Notes: generated by a model not told the origin, from the letters alone. A stretch of DNA of 64,000 nt from Octopus sinensis (GCF_006345805.1 NC_043000.1:164114001-164178000), one strand, 5' to 3'; counted from the stretch's first letter, positions 50,436 through 61,771 are shown. Made by a program: numbers and translations.

Positions 50436-50762
50436 TATAGTTACAGAGATGTACTTGCATAGCAAGTGACTTGATCTGAGATCGTGTGCTGGAACGAAAA
50501 CAGTTGCAGCGTTGAAGGTGTTTATAAGCCATTTAAGAAACACACAAAAACCGTTAGATTCACTTCAACATTTAAATTTAATTTGTCAAAATATTTTCAT
50601 CGCTTTGAGACCGCGACCTGTTAGCACGATATTTTTGTCAGTGAACAGGTCGCGGTCTCAAAGCGACGAAAATATTTTGGCAAATTAAATTTAAATGTTG
50701 AAGTGAATGTAACGGTTTTTGTGTGTTTCTTAAATGGCTTACAAACACCTTCCACGCTGCAA
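50435..50762. repeat. Fold-back element: 119-bp inverted arms (50504-50622 / 50644-50762), flanked by (TA)n; probable Penelope-related terminal repeat
   Basis: The arms are near-perfect reverse complements with a 21-bp spacer. Confidence 0.9.
50634..50684 (+). ncRNA. Candidate minimal type I hammerhead ribozyme with G3:C8 variant core
   Basis: UUUGUCA (I) GUGAACA G GUCGC-GGUCUCAAA-GCGAC (II) GAA AAUAUU (III, palindrome) U UGGCAAA (I'). Identified by manual folding only. Confidence 0.6.
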
Positions 50763-50780
50763 TATATATATACACACATA

Positions 50781-50815
<35 letters not shown>

Positions 50816-51135
50816 GTGTATATGTGTATGCATGTATGTGTGTGTGTGTGCGTGTCTGTGCTTGTGATTGTCCTCCACCACTGCTTGACAACGAATGTTG
50901 GTTTGTTTACATCCCTGTCACCTAGTGGTTTGACAAAGGAAACAGATAGAATAAGTACAATGCTTACAAAAATAAAAGTGGAGTTGATTCATTAAACTAC
51001 AATTCTTCAAGGCATTGCCCCAGCATGGCCACAGACCAATGGCTGGAAAAAGCAGAAGAATAAAAGAATACATTATCTGCTTTGGTCTTATGTTCAAGGC
51101 ATGAGAAAGCTTGAGTTTACATGAGAAGGCCTAAC

Positions 51136-51510
51136 AGACCTGGTAGAAACAGCAGCCAAAGCTCCCTCAAATCACACCTTACTGTCTTATGTATGTATAT
51201 ATATATGAGCCAATGAGGGGGACCTCTACATGGTAGCTAGACCTGGTAGAAATAGCAGCCAAATTTCCCCCAAATCACACCTTACTGTCTTATCTATGTA
51301 TATATGTATGTATGAGCCTATGAGGGAGACCCCTACATGGCAGCTAGACCTGGTAGAAATAGCAGCCAAATTTCCCCCAAATCACACCTTACTGTCTTAT
51401 CTATGTATATATGTATGTATGAGCCTATGAGGGAGACCCCTACATGGCAGCTAGACATGGTAGAAATAGCAGCCAAATCTCCCTCAAATCACACCTTACT
51501 GTCTTATCTT
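51136..51510. repeat. 107-bp tandem repeat, about 3.5 copies
   Basis: The unit start CTACATGG recurs at 51226, 51333 and 51440. Confidence 0.95.
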
Positions 51511-51744
51511 TCTGCTACTTGGATATAGGTGTTATATTCGTCGTAAAAAACTTTCCTGTCACACACTCACGCACACGCACACACACACACACACACACGC
51601 ACCCTCACACACACACACACGCGCACACCCACACACACCCACTCACACACACGCACGTTAGCTTACAATTTTATTTATATATTTGCGTGTCTATGTGTTG
51701 AAAGAGGAAGTGGGAGGCAGAGTGAAAGAATCACTCACTACAGT

Positions 51745-52011
51745 AAGTCAATTACTTTCATTTTATTCGTTGCCCACTGTGTGTGTGCGTTTGCGTGTGG
51801 TGTAAACCAGACTAAGAAAAGCATTTGACACACACACCAGAATGCGAGTTTTCTGTAAATTTTGCTTAAATTTTAAAAACTGGACCTGGCATGACGCGAT
51901 GCATTGTACTCTTAAAAATGCTAGGTAAATTGTAATTGAAGAAATCCTATATTGTAGATTTGTATAACTCCCAAAGGGAGGCAGATGAAATCTGCCTTTT
52001 ATAATAAGAGA
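51745..52011 (-). mobile_element. Helitron/Helentron-like family 2, copy 1
   Basis: 5' end on the minus strand is TCTCTTATTATAAAAGGCAGATTTCATCTGCC (subterminal hairpin). Confidence 0.7.
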
Positions 52012-52648
52012 CTAGCAGTATCGCCCGGCGTTGCTCGGGTTTGTAAGGGAAATAACTATATAAGCATTTTTAGAGAGTTATAGCCAAAAAATAGCAAAAA
52101 ATGCATTAAAAATGGAAAAAATATGATGGTAAATTTTTTTTTAAATCGTTGACTCATCGTAGACATTTTTAGAGAGTTACTTCCCTTATATAATAGCGAA
52201 AAAATGCATTAAAATGGGAAAAAAACGATGGTAAATTTTTTTTTAAATCGTAGACTCATGTAGACGCTTTCTTAGCCATTTCTGTTTTGGTGTCTTCAAG
52301 CCATGAAGTCGTTGTTCTAAAAGAACACTGGTCTCCTTGACAACGCATTACGACGTTGATTTCCTTACACTCCCTTCCCCACAGGTGCAGGTGTGAGCGT
52401 GGACGCCAACTCCGCCGCCATCGACACACGAAAAATTATGCATTAAAATGGAATAAAAAATGATGTTAAATTATTTTTAAAATCGTAGACTCATCGTAGA
52501 CGCGCGCTAATATTTAGACGGGCTCGATATGAATCACGACTATAAGCTACCCGAATTTGGTTAAACTGCACCGCAAAATGTGGGAGTAGTTAGGAATCTA
52601 AATCGAAGGGGACAGACACTCACACAACTACAGTTTTATATATATAGA
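52012..52648 (-). mobile_element. Helitron-like family 1, copy 2 (longer, modular interior)
   Basis: Same termini as 49896-50289. Confidence 0.82.
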
Positions 52649-52719
52649 TATACATAGCGCAGTAGTGGTGAGATATGACAGCAAAGAAAAGCATACATTC
52701 ACTCTCTGCATGCAATTAG

Positions 52720-53010
52720 ACTCGGAAAGTTCGTGAGGAACCCATTAACCCAATTTGCTGACTTTTCCGATAGCACACAGGTGTCAATGAATGGTTGAAT
52801 GACCAAATCCAAGCTTCTCTGCTAGTTCCTCAACAGTTACGATGATATTTTGTTCCACCAGGGTTTTCAGGATGTCCTTGTCGAGTTCTACAGATCTTTC
52901 AGGATGAGGCTCGTCTTCTAGGCTATAGTTTATGGCTCGGGATTTCTGGAACCACCATTGACACTGCCTTACGCTTATTGTCCAATCCCCATATACTGCA
53001 TTAATATTTC
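52720..53010 (-). mobile_element. mariner transposase N-terminal fragment
   Basis: NINAVYGDWTISVRQCQWWFQK..LEDEPHPERS..TVEELAEKLGFGHSTI. Confidence 0.85.
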
Positions 53011-53334
53011 TTGTACTTTGCACACATTTATATTCTGTTATTCTTTTATATGTTTCAGCCTTGAGGTTGTGGCCATGCTGGATCATGTGTGTGTGTGTGT
53101 GTGTGTGTATATCTGTCTGTCTGTCTGTATGTATATATGTATATGTATGTGTGTGAACAATAATATTTTCAACAGATGTGTTGCAAATGTATCTGATTGT
53201 TCTCAAGCTTCAATACTGTGTGTGTGTGTATGTGTGTGTGTGTATGTATGTATGTATATGTATGTATGTATGTATATGTATGTATGTATGTATGTGTGTA
53301 TGTATGTATGTGTGTGTGTATGTATGTGTGTGTA

Positions 53335-53365
<31 letters not shown>

Positions 53366-53499
53366 ATGTATGTATGTATGTATGAGTGTATGTTTACTTT
53401 ATTACTAATTACTCTCTTCCAAGAACATTTTCACTCACTCTTAGCTCTTAGCTTCCCATACATTTTACTCATGTATCTATCAGCGTCATAGACAGAATA

Positions 53500-53807
53500 C
53501 TTTCACTTTAGTCTTCCTCAAATCACTCTGTCTCTATTTACTTTCATTTTATTCGTTGCCCACTGTGTGTGTGCGTTTGCGTGTGGTGTAAACCAGACTA
53601 AGAAAAGCATTTGACACACACACCAGAATGTGAGTTTTCTGTAAATTTTGCTAATTGGAGTTTAAATTTTAAAAACTGGACCTGGCATGACGCGATGCAT
53701 TGTACTCTCAAAAATGCTAGGTAAATTGTAATTGAAGAAATCCTATATTGTAGATTTCTATAACTCCCAAAGGGAGGCAGATAAAATCTGCCTTTTATAA
53801 TAAGAGA
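53500..53807 (-). mobile_element. Helitron/Helentron-like family 2, copy 2
   Basis: Highly similar to 51745-52011; A|TC 5' junction. Confidence 0.72.
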
Positions 53808-53925
53808 TACACTGAATATTTCTTCATTGCATTACTATTTGAACTAACGCAATTAAACCACGATTATAAGTCACATGACTGTTGACAAAATGTCGTGTTT
53901 GTATGTGTGCATACATATACAGATA

Positions 53926-53972
<47 letters not shown>

Positions 53973-54234
53973 GTCCAAGAATAGAAGTTATGATATTATA
54001 TTTATTCGTTAGCTGCGTACATTTCGGCAATATATGATGATATATAAACTTCATGAATATCAATATAAGTATACATGATTTTGTAATATTAATTCGTATT
54101 CGAAGGAGCGCACACTGAGGGTCCAAATCGGATTAATTCCTTTTTATCTGATACACACACACATCCATACACATACACACATACACCCATCCATATACAC
54201 ATACGCACATACACGCACACATATTGTATATATA

Positions 54235-54621
54235 CGAGCAAAACGCCCCCCGTCCAATGGACGGTTCTGAGTTGTCAAACATTTAAACCAAATTTTCTCA
54301 AAACAACTTGTCCGACCGACCCATAGGCGTCCCCTTTGAGAAACACTGATTTAACCTAAATTTGAGACACCGTGCATTTTTCTCGCGTACGCGTAATATC
54401 GATCGCAACAGCTGATGTACTTGCGCGTACAAATGCACGTTCCCATGGCTTTATCGATCGCATTCTCACCTGGAATCGATTTTTGTAATTTTTTTCAAGA
54501 CTTATACACGCCCTGATACCGTCGGTATCTACATATCAAATTTGAGCGCAATCGGATGGAGGATGCCCGAGATCCTAGAAGACACACACACAGACAGACA
54601 GAACGGATTTTATATAATAGA
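54235..54621 (-). mobile_element. Helitron-like family 3
   Basis: 5' TCTATTATATAAAATCC..., 3' hairpin CCGTCC-ATT-GGACGG, then CTCG|T (CTAG-like). Confidence 0.7.
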
Positions 54622-54940
54622 CTAGCAGTATCGCCCGGCGTTGCTCGGGTTTGTTTCGACCCGCTGGAATTGTAATTTTGAAAAGTAAAAATTTTGTGAA
54701 CATTTTTCTGGTCGAAATACACCGAAAAGTGGCGACACAGCAGTGAAAAAATCGTAAAAAATAGGGATTTTCATAGAAAAAAGCATCTTTTTGATGTAAA
54801 TAATTTTTGGTGTTAACATGGTCCGATTTGAATTTTATGTTCTACGGAAGGAAGAGCAACCCTTCTTCTACCATACTCTCAATTTTGGTCAACTTGCGCC
54901 GCAGGGTCTCGGAGGAGATAGTGTTAGTTGAAGGTTACCA
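54622..54940 (-). mobile_element. Helitron-like element with a family 1 3' end and a different interior, 5'-truncated
   Basis: CTAGCAGTATCGCCCGGCGTTGCTCGGGTTTGT is shared with 52012; the sequence diverges afterwards. Confidence 0.72.
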
Positions 54941-55974
54941 TTCTAGGTGCCTGAGTAACAACCTCGCGGATTTACAGATAAATGAATTAATTACTATTTT
55001 ACAGAATAAAATTAAATAATTCTTGAAAATTAATTAATATTAATATTTTTTGAACAAAGTAAATAATTTTTAAAACTTAAATAATAATTTTTTTTACACA
55101 AACGCGAACGGGGAAAAGGGGGTGGCGAATTCGATTTACATACCTAAATTTTTTCTTTTTCATGACATTGTAGCAAAATAGTAGTGAATTATATAAATAC
55201 CAGCAGTACATTTTTTTTTCTGGGGTATTTTTTTTCAACCTCGTCACATATTTGCCCCTTTCAATTTAAACAAAGTCTTAATTAAGCAATTACGGCAGCT
55301 TAGCAATGGTTTCAATACAGGCGTGACATGTGTATCTCAATTGTTCAAAACCCTTCGAATTTTTTCGCACGTGATGATATCATAGTGAAAACTTTCAATT
55401 ACGCGCGCTTAGAAGTACGCTCGCAAATTAATACTACCAAAATTTTGAAGTTCGCGCTCCGCTTGTGTGTGTGTGTGTGCGTGCTTTAGGTGTACGTAGG
55501 TATGTGTTTTTGTGTGTGTGTGTCACTGAAGCCATACATACATATATACATACATAACCTCTCTCTCTCTTTTCTCTCTCAGTCACTCACTACAAAAAGT
55601 GAATAAAAAAAGTTCAGTTATTTCTGTCTTTCACTCTGTCTGTCTCTTTACACACACTAACAAAAGCACTTCACTTACACACCACACTTTCTGTGTCGCA
55701 CAACCCATCAAACACACACACACACACACACTCACGCACGCACACATGTACATCAATGCTTTCGGAGTGAAATATTAAAATATTGAGTTTTCTCGAATTT
55801 TGTCTTAATTGGGGGTGAAATTGAAAGAAATATATTATGGCATGACCGAATGGAGTACTTTGAAAAATCTTAGGTAAACTCTAATTGAAGAAATTGTGTG
55901 AGGAGTAAATCGTTATGTATTTATTTGTTTCTGTTTACTGTGTTTTTTTTATTTTTTGAGTAGTGGTTTAAATA

Positions 55975-56283
55975 CTTTCAGTTTAGTCTTCCTCAAATCA
56001 CTCTGTCGCTATTTACTTTCATTTTATTCGTTGCACACTGTGTGTGTGCGTGTGCGTGTGGTGTAAACCACATTAAGAAAAGCATTTGACATACACACCA
56101 GAATGTGAGTTTTCTGTAAATTTTGCTTAATTGGAGTTTAAATTTTAAAAACCTGACCTGGCATGACCCGATGCATTCTATTCTTAAAAATGCTAGGTAA
56201 ATTGTAATTGAAGAAATCCTATATTGTAGATTTCTATAAGTTACAAAGGGAGGCAGATAAAATCTGCCTTTTATAATAAGAGA
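55975..56283 (-). mobile_element. Helitron/Helentron-like family 2, copy 3 (may extend towards about 55000)
   Basis: Similar to copies 1 and 2. A diverged internal repeat lies at 55780-55910. Confidence 0.7.
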
Positions 56284-56482
56284 TAACCGTCTAAGGGATA
56301 CTTGTATACAGTGAATCAACTGGTGTATTATTTATAGTTGATCATGAGTATTGGTTATTAATGCTCATAAATGATAAGTAATGACAAGAATAAACTAAAG
56401 TTTATCAATATTCGAGGAAAACAGAAAACGGAGATAAAATTGATGAACGTCAATTGATTTACACCAATTATCATTAATTCGG

Positions 56483-56795
56483 AGGCGCAATGGCCCAGTT
56501 AGGACAGCGGACTCGCGGTCGGAGGATCGCGGTTTCGATTCCCAGACCGGGCGTTGTGTGTGTTTATTGAGCAAAAGCGCCTAAAGCTCCACGAGGCTCC
56601 GGTAGGGGGTGGTGTCGACCCCTGTTGTACTCTTCCGCTCCAACTTTCTCTCACTCTCTCTCTTCCTGTTTCTTGAGTAATGCTGCGATGGACTGGCGTC
56701 CCGTCCAGCTGGGGGGGGACACATACGCCATAGAAACCGGGAAACCGGGTCCATGAGCCTGGCTAGGCTTGAAAAGGGCGCTCAAATAAAAATAA
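56483..56795 (+). mobile_element. SINE family C head with V-SINE-like tail
   Basis: Family C head and body, then gatggactggcgtcccgtccagctggg. Confidence 0.8.
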
Positions 56796-56829
56796 ATAAA
56801 ATCATTAATTAATTACAAAAAGACAGAAA

Positions 56830-56951
56830 CTCAACTTACAGCTGTTTCTGTCAGCGCGATTCTCAGCCTTAACCACAACAACAATAATAATTATTATTAT
56901 CATTGTAATTAATTATACCAATTTGAATCGCGGAACTTCATCAGAGCGGAA
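56830..56951 (-). ncRNA. Degenerate minimal type I hammerhead-like motif (canonical CUGAUGA core, ACAGCUGU palindromic helix III, GUA site)
   Basis: CUGAUGA at 56944-56938. An 8-bp CGCGAUUC/GAAUCGCG stem II segment, then GAAACAGCUGUA. Stem I is imperfect. Confidence 0.5.
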
Positions 56952-57291
56952 GAGCAAATAAAAATAAAAGTAAAGAAAAAAAAAAAGAAAAAGGTGAAAG
57001 TGAGAATATGGTGATAATCAATTCATGCAACATGTTGACCCAGGGGGAAACTTTCGACCGACAAGAATTTAGAAATAAAATCGGGATAGTTATAATATTT
57101 GGTGCTACATTCTATATACGGGTGGAAGGCGTGGGTTAGATGTATAATAACTATATGAGCAATTTGGTTAGGTCAAAAAATAAAATAAAATGTAAGAAAT
57201 ATAATTCAAAATACCGCTGTTTATAGAAATAAATAATAACAGTTGACTATGATTTATTATTTATTGATTTCATATGTATTTTACTTATCCT

Positions 57292-57422
57292 TATATGTAG
57301 GCAGCGTTCCTGAAACAACCCCGGATCGGGAGTAAGAATGGTCTGACCAATAGTATCCTCTTATTGTCCAGACCATTCCTACTCCTGACCGGGGGTTGTT
57401 TCAGGTACGCTGTCTACATATA
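57292..57422. mobile_element. Hairpin MITE-like element (about 55-bp imperfect inverted arms)
   Basis: TATATGTAGGCAGCGTTCCTGAAACAACCCC...GAATGGTCTG pairs with CAGACCATTCC...GGGGTTGTTTCAGGTACGCTGTCTACATATA. Confidence 0.75.
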
Positions 57423-57599
57423 ATAATGTTTCGCCCGGAGAAATGTTACACTTATTGACACAATCACACATACATAAAAACGCACTCTCTCACACGCATA
57501 AACGCACACACATACATAACGCGCACATACACACACACATACACACACAGAGACACAGACACACATACACACACACACGCACGCACGCACGCACACACG

Positions 57600-57680
<81 letters not shown>

Positions 57681-58842
57681 GCAGATGGCTCTCCCGTCGA
57701 TTTCCATGAGTGAGCGTCCAGATGTCTATCAAATAAGCGACCTACTCATTGAATTAGCATGCAATGTGGTTCAGTATTCCACAAACAAATGCAACCTCAA
57801 CATAATTCTCATGTAGAAGCAGCAGGACACAATGTAACTCGGTGAGATCTTTGAATTGCGGGTAGAATCCCTCTGATGGGTTTCTTCAGATCTTTTCCTT
57901 TTGATGGCCAGATTTCAACACAATTTCTAGTTAACTAAACACTTTAAAACTTCGTATACTGGTAGAATGTGTCAAAAGAAAACATTATTTTCACTTGGCT
58001 TTTTTGATAAATTTGTAATTCGTTTGTTTAACGTAGTTTAATTTTTCGAATTTTAACCAATCCTATGCTCTCTTTTGAGCTGAAATCATTTGCTGCGTCT
58101 AAAAACTGAGACAACATCCTGTCACTTTTACGTAAACAGCTATTTATAAAAGATATGCGGAAAGCGTGTTCAAATGGAATTTATATTTTATTATACTCCT
58201 AATCTAGAAAGGCCTTGTGTCTTGGAAAATATGTTTGTGAAGGCTGGAGTGTGTGTGAGAGACAGATCGAAGACAGATTTGTTATCGATCTAAACAACGG
58301 CAGCAATTCGTTATCGATATTGATAAACAAACGAGTTGTGTTGGCATGTGCTAGAAACAACAGCCATATCTCTTAAATCGATGAATTTTGTCGCCCAATA
58401 AAAATATTAACGATATTTTTTGAATATTTTCTTTATTTTTTTTTACCAAAAAGGCTTCTCCCATGGTTTTGAAGGGCCAAAAACAACAAAGACAAAACAA
58501 TAATATGCCTAAATCGGTCTAGAGTGGGATATGAGGGTGCGAGGAGTGTGGGTGGTATTGTAAAAATTTGCGAAATATTTTTTCAGAAAAGGATGCCCCA
58601 GCTTGTCGGAGGCTGTGATAATAATTGAGAAAAAAATCCTCGACACCAGTGCGTAATTGGTACTTAATTTATTGACCTCGAAACGATGAAACATTGATCC
58701 CCCATTTCTGGTTTATTTACTTTTTGTGTAAATTTGTTCCGGCAAGGGGCAAAACACAGAGGGGACAAAGCATGAGAGACAAAAGTATTAAGTCGATTCT
58801 ATCGACACGAGTGCGTGCGTGCGTAACTGGTACTTAATTTAT

Positions 58843-58928
58843 CCCTAACTCTAACCCTAACCCTAAACCTAACCCTAAGCCTAACCCCGAACCCTAAACC
58901 TAACCCCTAACCCTAACCCTAACCCTAT
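58843..58928. repeat. Interstitial telomere-like (CCCTAA)n, 14 units including variants
   Basis: Counted directly. Confidence 0.92.
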
Positions 58929-59694
58929 CTCGTGACAGCCTTCCGGCATCGGTCGCTAGCTTCCTCAAGATCTCATGCATCGGGATCGCGCCTTAAACCT
59001 CATGTCAATGAAGTGAACTTCCTATCTTCTGAGCTATAACGACCAATAGAATATATGATGCTTCCATAACTAACGTTCTATTAGAAAACTTAATATCATA
59101 ACTGTGAATACCTTGTATATAGTAAATGTATTTCTTAGAATGGTTGAAGATGAGAAGCTGAAGTGTTATCAGCCAGTTTTGTGCGTGCGCATACACACTC
59201 AAACACATGTATGAGTGTCGTTAATGAGTTCTATTTCAAGATTTCTTGCCAATAAAGAGCCGGTTTCTAACCAAGATCCAAGGTTCCTTCATTGGAATTT
59301 CAACAACATCAACTGAGTATTTTTGTATGTCTGTATATATGAAGATTTGCAAGTTTTGTTTTATGAATGTATTTTCATGCATATAAGTGCATATCTAGAC
59401 ATGCTCATTATGTATGTATGTATGTATGTATGTATGTATGTATGCATGCATGCATGCATGCATGCATACATACATGCATGTATGTATGTATGTATGTATG
59501 TATGTATACATACATACATACATACATACATACATGCATGCATGCATGCATGCATGCATGTATGTATGTATGTATGTATGTATGTATGTATGTATGTATG
59601 TATGTATGCATGCATGCATGCATGCATGCATGCATGCATGTATGTATGTATGTATGTATGTATGTATGTATGTATGTATGTATGTATGCATGCA

Positions 59695-60060
59695 TGATAT
59701 CTTGAGTATTGAGGCGATGGTGCACAAGCAACAGTTACGTTGGACTGGACAACTTATTAAGTGCTATATGGGGAACTTGTTAGTGGAAAGAGTCCCCGGC
59801 AGAAACCAAGGCTGCGATTTAAGGATTGTATCAAGTCATCATTAAAGGCCTGTGATATGCAAGAGTCCGGCTGGGAGAACAATGCCTGTCATCGCCACAA
59901 ATGGAGGAAGCAGGTTAAGGAAGGGGGTCGACACCTTTGAAAAAAGTACTATGAAGAATTTAAGCGTGCTGGTCGAAAGCGCACTGCTAGCGTAGTGAAT
60001 GGAGAAAGCTCGTGACACCCCTTGCACATCTCGGACTACTTTACTTCCAAAAATTAACAA
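59695..60060 (+). mobile_element. RTE/BovB-like 3' fragment
   Basis: ILSIEAMVHKQQLRWTG; homologous to 20965-21490. Confidence 0.8.
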
Positions 60061-60759
60061 TTGCAATTTGAAGTTGAATCGTTAGCAGTAAGACAGACGT
60101 CCAGATTTCTTTAAAAATTATTGTGCAAAATATTCTGAGAAAAAGTAATTTTTTCACCACAGTAAAACAGGAGTGTGTCTATGGTAATTTGAGCTACTAC
60201 AAATAGCTACCAAACGACTCTTAAAACCCACCCTTTCATCAAAAGAAAGACACAGATTTACAGTATTTCAGGAAGAAGAAAAAAATTATGCGATGAATCT
60301 GCTAGATCAGAGGCAACTCTGGGCTAAACAAAACACAGATAAACATATTTCTCATTAAAACATTATCTACTAAATAATATTAATAAAGTTGACCGTATAT
60401 CTTTGAAGTTTCCTTCTCTGGTATAACTCCATGTATTTTTAACATTTTCTCATTATGCTCTATGTAAGACATGAGGATTGTTTTGGCAGAGTTGCCTACC
60501 TTACCTAAGGACCTCAAAATTGTGAGACCCGACCTCGTTTCTGAAGTTATTTTTGTAGTAAAAAAGAGTTGTGCAAAAAACACTTTATTTGGTAGCCGAA
60601 AGATTTCTGAATGTTCTGACACGTCATAAGTCAAAATTGGCAACACAGTTCTCGAATCTATAAGGAACATACGTCCACCCACACCCACCCACCCACACAC
60701 ACACACACACAAACAAATTCTGTTTTGTATTTTAAGATATATGTGTGTGTGCATGTGTG

Positions 60760-60800
<41 letters not shown>

Positions 60801-60808
60801 CTGTGTAA

Positions 60809-60843
<35 letters not shown>

Positions 60844-61199
60844 TACATGCGTATTCACATACATGCATGCATACATTCATAGATAGGTATTTACATACAT
60901 GCATGCATGCATTTATAGATAGTTATTTTCATACAAACACACATACATACATTTATGTGTGTGTCTGAGAGTGGCATATGTTTATTTAGTTCCTATTTTG
61001 TTTAAACAAAGTATGGAAATATCACAACTCATGTTGACTAATAGGTCATTTATGATGAATTTTTTGGTGTTAATTTATTAACGGGTGGAGCTTTTAAAAT
61101 TCTTGCTTCCATAAAAACCTGTTATAAAATGTCATCAGTTCAGCTTTCTCTTCCTGCCATTTCAAATTTATTTTAGCTCAATATTTTGGTTGAACAAGT

Positions 61200-61612
61200 C
61201 GGTGAACTGGCAGAAAAAGGCAGCGAGTTGACAGAACCGTTAGCACGCCGGGCGAAATGCTTAGCCGCATTTCGTCTGCCGCTACGTTCTGAGTTCAAAT
61301 TCCGCCGAGGTCGACTTTGCCTTTCATCCTTTCGAGGTCGATTAAATAAGTACCAGTTACGCACTGGGGTCGATATAATCGACTTAATCCGTTTGTCTGT
61401 CCTTGTTTGTCCTCTCTGTGTTTAGCCCCTTGTGGGTAGTAAAGAAATAGGTATTTAGTCTGTCTTTACGTTCTGAGTTCAAATTCCGCCGAGGTCGACT
61501 TTGCATTTCATCTTTTCGGGGTCGATAAATTAAGTACTAGTTGCGTACTGGGGCTGACCTAATCGACTGGCCCGCTCCCCCAAATTTTCGGGCCTTTTGC
61601 CTAGAATAGAAA
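61200..61612 (+). mobile_element. Two tandem SINE family A copies
   Basis: Same arrangement as 6888-7322. Confidence 0.85.
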
Positions 61613-61771
61613 CGAATATTTTGGTTGAACGTGTATGTATAGTTTGAGAAGCTTGCTCGCCAGTCATATGATGTTGGCTTCAATCCTATTGCTCAGCATG
61701 TGTCTTCTGCTATAGCCCCGGCGAGCGGACCAAAGGATTTGGTAGATAGAAAGTGAATCAAGCCCGTTGTG

